64,000 bases of DNA from an uncultured Endomicrobiia bacterium (GTDB lineage Bacteria > Elusimicrobiota > Endomicrobiia > DTEH01), in the NCBI GenBank assembly GCA_937936785.1, contig CALDDQ010000004.1:66801-130800 (forward strand). Reading direction: 5' to 3'. The notes under the pieces were generated by a model. That model did not search any database and had not been told where the DNA came from. It saw nothing but the letters and a program-made list of their open reading frames with translations. The stretch's first letter is position 1. Every line of letters begins with the position of its first letter. Of the stretch, positions 59,213 through 64,000 are shown piece after piece. The position numbers and the translations under genes are program-made.

Positions 59213-60733
59213 ATGGAAGAAAAACAAAATCTGCCAATTGAAAATATTATAAATATAAGAAAAGATAAACTAAAAAAATTAAGTGAAATAAAAGTTAATC
59301 CTTACCCAAATAGTTTTAATTTTAATAATACTTTCAAAGATATTTTTGATAAGTATTTTAGTATTAAAGAAGGAGAAGTTTCAAAGGAAACTGTTACAAT
59401 AAAAGGTAGAATAGTTTTAAGGCGTGAAATGGGGAAAAGTATTTTTTGTCACATTCAAGAAGGAACTCACAGGATACAGATTTATTTAAAAAAAGATTTT
59501 GTCGGGGAAGAAAAGTTTAAACAGTTTTTAGAACTTATAGATATTGGAGATATAATTGGTGTTGAAGGTGAAGTGTTTAAGACAAAAACAGGAGAACTTA
59601 CAATAAATACTAAAACTTATGTTTTGTTAAGCAAATCGTTACGTCCTTTGCCGGAAAAATGGCATGGACTAAAAGATGTTGAAATAAAATATCGTCAAAG
59701 ATATCTTGATTTAATAACAAATCCAGATTCTATGAACATTTTTATTACAAGAAGTAAAATAATAAATTCTATTCGCGAAACCTTAAATGAAAAAAAATTT
59801 TTAGAAGTAGAAACACCTATGATACAATCTTTACCTGGAGGTGCTATTGCACAACCTTTTAAAACTTTTCATAATGCTTTAGGGGAAGATTTTTATTTAC
59901 GTATTGCTCCTGAGTTATATTTAAAAATGTTGTTAGTTGGTGGATTTGAAAAAATTTATGAAATAGGAAAATCTTTTCGCAACGAGGGTATTGATAGGTT
60001 TCATAATCCAGAATTTACTATGGTAGAAATTTATCAATCGTATGCAGATTATAATGATATGATGAATTTAACAAAAGATATTATTATTAACTGTTGTGAT
60101 GTTCTAGGTATAAAAGGTAAAATAAAATATAATGTTTCAGAAGAGAAAATTTTTGAAGTAGAAATTAATAATTTTGATAAATTTACTATGGCAGAACTTT
60201 TTGATAAACATGTAAAAATTCCGTTAGAAAAATTTGTTAACGACAAAGTTGAAGATAAAGTTTATGAAGATTTAGGGATTGACATATTTGAAGTTTATCC
60301 AAGTGGACAGAAGATTAGAAAAACAACAAAAAAGTTGGTAGATTCTGTTTTTGAAAAATATATTCAACCAAACTTAATAAATCCAACATTTGTGATAGAT
60401 TATCCTGTAGAACTGTCTCCATTAGCAAAATATAAGTCTGAAGATAAAAATGTTACAGAACGATTTGAACTTTACATTGCAACACAAGAGGTTGCAAATG
60501 CATATAGTGAACTTAACGATCCAATTGAACAGTATAACCGTTTTGTTGCTCAAAAAACTTCTGAAGATAAAATGGCGTTAAACTTAGAGTTTATTACAGC
60601 ATTAGAGTATGGTATGCCACCAGCAGGTGGATTAGGGATTGGGATTGATAGGTTGTGTATGATACTTACAAATTCTCTGTCTATAAGAGATGTAATATTT
60701 TTCCCATTGTTAAAATCAGTCAAGAAACAGTAA
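59213..60733 (+). CDS. lysS: Lysyl-tRNA synthetase (class II)
   Basis: N-terminal OB fold, 'FRNEGIDRFHNPEFTMVE' (motif 2) and 'GGLGIGIDRLCM' (motif 3). Confidence 0.95.
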   Translation: MEEKQNLPIENIINIRKDKLKKLSEIKVNPYPNSFNFNNTFKDIFDKYFSIKEGEVSKETVTIKGRIVLRREMGKSIFCHIQEGTHRIQIYLKKDFVGEEKFKQFLELIDIGDIIGVEGEVFKTKTGELTINTKTYVLLSKSLRPLPEKWHGLKDVEIKYRQRYLDLITNPDSMNIFITRSKIINSIRETLNEKKFLEVETPMIQSLPGGAIAQPFKTFHNALGEDFYLRIAPELYLKMLLVGGFEKIYEIGKSFRNEGIDRFHNPEFTMVEIYQSYADYNDMMNLTKDIIINCCDVLGIKGKIKYNVSEEKIFEVEINNFDKFTMAELFDKHVKIPLEKFVNDKVEDKVYEDLGIDIFEVYPSGQKIRKTTKKLVDSVFEKYIQPNLINPTFVIDYPVELSPLAKYKSEDKNVTERFELYIATQEVANAYSELNDPIEQYNRFVAQKTSEDKMALNLEFITALEYGMPPAGGLGIGIDRLCMILTNSLSIRDVIFFPLLKSVKKQ

Positions 60734-60742
60734 ACTTATTAG

Positions 60743-61951
60743 ATGAAATTTACAACTTTTCTTGCAATAAAATATTTAAAACCACAAAAGAATAAAATTT
60801 TTTCTTATGTATCAACAATAATTGCAGTTTTAGGTATCACAACTGGTGTTGCTACTTTAATAGTTACAATGGGAGTAATGTCAGGTTTCCATAGAGAAAT
60901 AAGAAATCGTTTATTAACGATGTATCCACATATAGTGATAACAGGTGTATCAGATATTCCCGAAGTAGATATTTTAAGATTGAAAGAAATAGATGCTGGT
61001 TCGCCGTTTGTATATAGTCAGGCAATATTAAAATCAAAAGATGTTGTTTATTCTACAGTTGTTAAAGGGATTGATTTTGAGAAAGAAAAAAAAGTTTCAG
61101 GAATAAAAAATATTTTTGTAAAAGATGAAGTTATAGAATTGAAAGATAACGAAATATTTTTAGGCAAAGAACTTGCTCAAAATTTGAATTTAGAGATGTA
61201 TGATGAAGTTGTTATGATTTTACCAACGCAAGTGCGGACACCTTTTGGTGATTTGCCAATGACAGAAAAGTTTTTTGTAAAAGGGATATTTAAATCTGGA
61301 ATTTTTGAATATGATAATAATTTATGTTATATTGATTATAATAAAGCAAAAAAAATTTTTTTTGATAAACAAACTAAAACTTTTAATGCGGTTTTAGGGT
61401 TTGGAATAAAACTTAAAAATGATAATGACATAAATATTGTGGTGAAAAAGTTAAGTACTATGATGGGGTATATTTATAAAATTATGTCTTGGGAACAATT
61501 AAATTATAATTTGTTTTCTGCTTTAAAACTTGAAAGGACTATGATGATTATAATTGTAAGTTTGATAATATTAGTTGCTTGTTTTGTTATTGTTACAAAT
61601 CTTATGATGTTAGGAATACAGAAAAGTAAGGATATAGGAATTTTAATTGCTATAGGATCTACTAAAAATGAAATTAAAAAAATATTTTTTTTGCAAGGAA
61701 TAATTTTAAATATTATAGGTATAATTTCTGGAACTGTACTTGGTTTAGTATTAAGTTTTTTGATAAAAAAATATCAGTTTATAAAATTACCTAAAGAAGT
61801 TTATTATATTGATAAAATACCTGTGTATATATCAATATTAGATCTGATTATAATTTTGTTGATAGCGATTTTGGTTGGAATTATTGCGTCAATATATCCG
61901 GCAAAAAAAGTTGCACAGTTTGATCCTGTGGAAATAATTAGGTATGGATAA
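60743..61951 (+). CDS. lolE: LolC/E-family lipoprotein-release ABC permease (FtsX-like)
   Basis: Four-TM FtsX-like topology with a large periplasmic loop. It is adjacent to an ABC ATPase gene. Confidence 0.75.
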   Translation: MKFTTFLAIKYLKPQKNKIFSYVSTIIAVLGITTGVATLIVTMGVMSGFHREIRNRLLTMYPHIVITGVSDIPEVDILRLKEIDAGSPFVYSQAILKSKDVVYSTVVKGIDFEKEKKVSGIKNIFVKDEVIELKDNEIFLGKELAQNLNLEMYDEVVMILPTQVRTPFGDLPMTEKFFVKGIFKSGIFEYDNNLCYIDYNKAKKIFFDKQTKTFNAVLGFGIKLKNDNDINIVVKKLSTMMGYIYKIMSWEQLNYNLFSALKLERTMMIIIVSLIILVACFVIVTNLMMLGIQKSKDIGILIAIGSTKNEIKKIFFLQGIILNIIGIISGTVLGLVLSFLIKKYQFIKLPKEVYYIDKIPVYISILDLIIILLIAILVGIIASIYPAKKVAQFDPVEIIRYG

Positions 61952-61981
61952 AAATTACAAAAATAATATTAAACAAAATAA

Positions 61982-62668
61982 ATGACTGAAAAGGTTATAA
62001 AATTAAAAAATGTTATAAAAAAGTATACTGATACAAATGTTTCTGTATTAAAAGATTTATCATTAGAACTTGAGCAGAAAAAAATATATTTTATCTGTGG
62101 TCCATCAGGAGTTGGAAAATCGACTCTTTTACATATTATAGGATTAATGGACCATCCTACTTCAGGAGAAGTATATTTATTTGGCGAAAGAATAGATTAT
62201 AAAGACAAAAATAAGATAAGTAGTTTAAGAATAGAAAATATTGGTTTTATGTTTCAGTTCCACTATTTGTTAGAAAATCTTACAGTTTATGAAAATATTT
62301 TACTACCGTACTGGATAAAAAATAAAGTTGTTACTAATATGAATATTAACTTATTTGATTTTGTAGAACATTTAGGTATTAAAAATTTATTGTCTAGGTA
62401 TCCATATGAACTTTCTGGTGGAGAACAACAAAGAGTGTCTTTAGCAAGAGCTATTGTAAACAACCCAAAACTTATAATTGCCGATGAACCAACAGGTAAT
62501 TTAGACCATTATAATGCAATAAAAATTGTTGAACATATAAAAATGATTGTGGAAAAATATAGTATGACAGCATTAATTGCTACACATAATTTGGAACTTA
62601 CAAAATATGGAAATTTTATTATAAATCTTCAATCTGGCGAGATAAAAAATATTATAAAAAATAGTTAA
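61982..62668 (+). CDS. lolD: ABC transporter ATP-binding protein, LolD-like
   Basis: Walker A 'GPSGVGKST', signature 'LSGGEQQRVSLARA' and Walker B 'IIADEPTGNLD'. Confidence 0.85.
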   Translation: MTEKVIKLKNVIKKYTDTNVSVLKDLSLELEQKKIYFICGPSGVGKSTLLHIIGLMDHPTSGEVYLFGERIDYKDKNKISSLRIENIGFMFQFHYLLENLTVYENILLPYWIKNKVVTNMNINLFDFVEHLGIKNLLSRYPYELSGGEQQRVSLARAIVNNPKLIIADEPTGNLDHYNAIKIVEHIKMIVEKYSMTALIATHNLELTKYGNFIINLQSGEIKNIIKNS

Positions 62669-62670
62669 AT

Positions 62671-63117
62671 ATGTATAACAAAAAATTTATGTTAGCAGCT
62701 TTAAAAGAAGCTAAAAAAGCTTATAATAAAGATGAAATTCCTGTAGGAGCTGTGATTGTAAAGAATAATAAAATTATATCTCGTGGGCATAATTTAAGTA
62801 TAACAAAAAATGATCCTACTGCTCATGCAGAAATTATTGCAATAAGAAATGCATCAAAAAAATTAAAAAATTATCGGTTAAATGGGTGCCAGATGTATGT
62901 TACATTAGAGCCATGTCCTATGTGTGCAGGGGCAATTGTGCATTCAAGAATAGAAAAACTTTTTTATGCAGCAGAAGATACTAAAACTGGAGCTTGTAAG
63001 AGCGTTTTTAATATTGTAAATAACAAAAAACTTAATCATAGAATAAACTTTTTTTCAGGTTATTTTAAAGAAGAATCTAAAAGTTTGTTACAAGAATTTT
63101 TTAAAAATAAAAGATAA
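62671..63117 (+). CDS. tadA: tRNA-specific adenosine deaminase
   Basis: 'HAEIIAIRNA' and 'TLEPCPMCAGAI' zinc-binding motifs. Confidence 0.9.
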   Translation: MYNKKFMLAALKEAKKAYNKDEIPVGAVIVKNNKIISRGHNLSITKNDPTAHAEIIAIRNASKKLKNYRLNGCQMYVTLEPCPMCAGAIVHSRIEKLFYAAEDTKTGACKSVFNIVNNKKLNHRINFFSGYFKEESKSLLQEFFKNKR

Positions 63118-63249
63118 AGAAACATATTTCTGGCACAAAAATTTTTTAGTAATTTTTAATATGTGCTTATAACATTGTTAGTGGTTTATGTATAATTGTT
63201 AATTTCTTATAAAATTAAAACAGATAGAATTCATAATAATAGATAGTGG

Positions 63250-63641
63250 GGGGGTGAAATGGTCTCGACAGGAAGTTTAAATGATATTTTGTGCAAGCAG
63301 TGGTTGGTCGAAGGGCCACTTTAAAAATCGGCCAAAAATAAGTGCAAATACAAATTTTGCATTTGCTGCTTAATTAAGCAGATATATTCTGAAAAAAAGC
63401 CTGTATTTTCAGAATGAAGGATTTCAGGTGCCTTCCCTGATAGGTAAAACCAGGGTATTTTATACAACAGGTTCTTATGTTGTATAAAAGAAAATTTTTA
63501 AAAAGAACTTTAGCTAAAAATCTTTTCATAGAGAGATTTTTAGCCGAGAATTCTGACTTTTGTCAGAGATTATCTATGATAAGCTTGTAGGACAAAATAT
63601 TATTTTCTTCTTGGACGCGGGTTCGATTCCCGCCACCTCCA
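63250..63641 (+). ncRNA. ssrA: tmRNA (ssrA), predicted tag peptide ANTNFAFAA
   Basis: 5' end 'GGGGGTGAAATGGTCTCGACAGG' and 3' tRNA-like end 'GGACGCGGGTTCGATTCCCGCCACCTCCA' parallel E. coli tmRNA. The 5' GGGGGUG pairs with 3' CACCUCC to form the acceptor stem. The tag ORF is GCA AAT ACA AAT TTT GCA TTT GCT GCT TAA at 63344-63373. CCA is not encoded. Confidence 0.85.
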
Positions 63642-63879
63642 CTAAATATGTTGCTGTAGTATTTAATTAACTTTAATATCAAACTAAGATATTATAATTA
63701 AGACAACGTTTTAAACATTTTAATTCTGAGATAAAGAAAAAATTATTTCCATTCATATAAAAAAGATATCTTTATAATATAAACTGATAAATTCAACTAA
63801 AAATTATATGTTTGGTTTGAAATAATAATAAAACTTTATTTTTAAATTTTATATGTATATAAAAAATGTTACCAGAATA

Positions 63880-64000
63880 TGGATAAGTATAGTATAGAAA
63901 GCCATAAACTTATTTATCATCCCGGAAGAGTTTATGATTGGTTAACAGGTAAAAATATATATCCTATATATGTTGAAATATCGCCAGTAAGCGGATGTAA
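63880..64000 (+). CDS. Radical SAM protein, 5' end only (runs off the window)
   Basis: '[40 protein letters not shown]...' A pre-core helix and then the first Cys of a CxxxCxxC motif sit at the window edge. Confidence 0.5.

Noticed and set aside
63118-63249. Promoter for ssrA (TTGTTA...TATAAT near 63175-63196)
   Set aside because: The spacer between the candidate -35 and -10 elements is only about 10 nt, so it is not a convincing sigma-70 promoter. Left unannotated.

Overview
Very AT-rich bacterial chromosome segment (roughly 70% A+T by eye, standard genetic code). About 68 of 70 genes lie on the + strand; only mrcA and rpsT are on the minus strand. The content looks like core genome of an anaerobic diderm. 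Diderm markers are a 5'-truncated hldE/rfaE2 C-terminus, PBP1A, the leuS–lptE-like–holA arrangement, murJ, a LolC/E-plus-LolD pair and a TolB-like PD40 protein. In order, the window holds: a ThiD2-like ORF and thiC; thrB; an aspartokinase gene that exists as two separate ORFs (kinase domain and ACT domains) flanking a four-gene cassette; mrcA; a HEAT-repeat protein; leuS, an lptE-like gene, holA; rpsT; murJ and a uvrC-like gene; an M23 peptidase; rpmE, prfA, prmC, murA. Then comes a contiguous his–trp supra-operon (hisD-B-A-I-trpE-G-[REC–GGDEF response regulator]-trpD-C-F) that runs on into FecR-like, NifU-like and a DUF2877-like/FdrA/DUF1116 triad, with a stand-alone TrpB2 gene downstream; trpA and trpB1 are absent from the window. 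After that: a bacterioferritin-like gene, fhs–fchA–(CDF transporter)–folD, thiS-G-H-F-E, an ORFan locus, mpg, an orphan AcsD-like (CFeSP small subunit) gene, the rpsP–KH–rimM–trmD–rplS–rnhB–yraN block, a TolB-like PD40 protein, an EPS priming sugar transferase and a nucleotidyltransferase, metK, ahcY, lysS, lolC/E, lolD, tadA, a tmRNA gene, and the 5' end of a radical SAM gene. No transposase, integrase, CRISPR array or recognisable defence gene was seen. The best candidates for something undescribed are (i) the DUF2877–FdrA–DUF1116 triad coupled to the trp genes in a locus lacking trpA, (ii) a response-regulator/GGDEF-like (GGDDF) gene embedded inside the trp operon, (iii) an aspartokinase naturally split by a 4.7-kb cassette of two GT-C-like membrane proteins plus queH and a radical SAM gene, (iv) an orphan AcsD-like gene, and (v) a low-coding ORFan interval with a Cys-rich small protein downstream of thiE. 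All calls rest on reading the translated ORFs and recalled family signatures. No database search was run.
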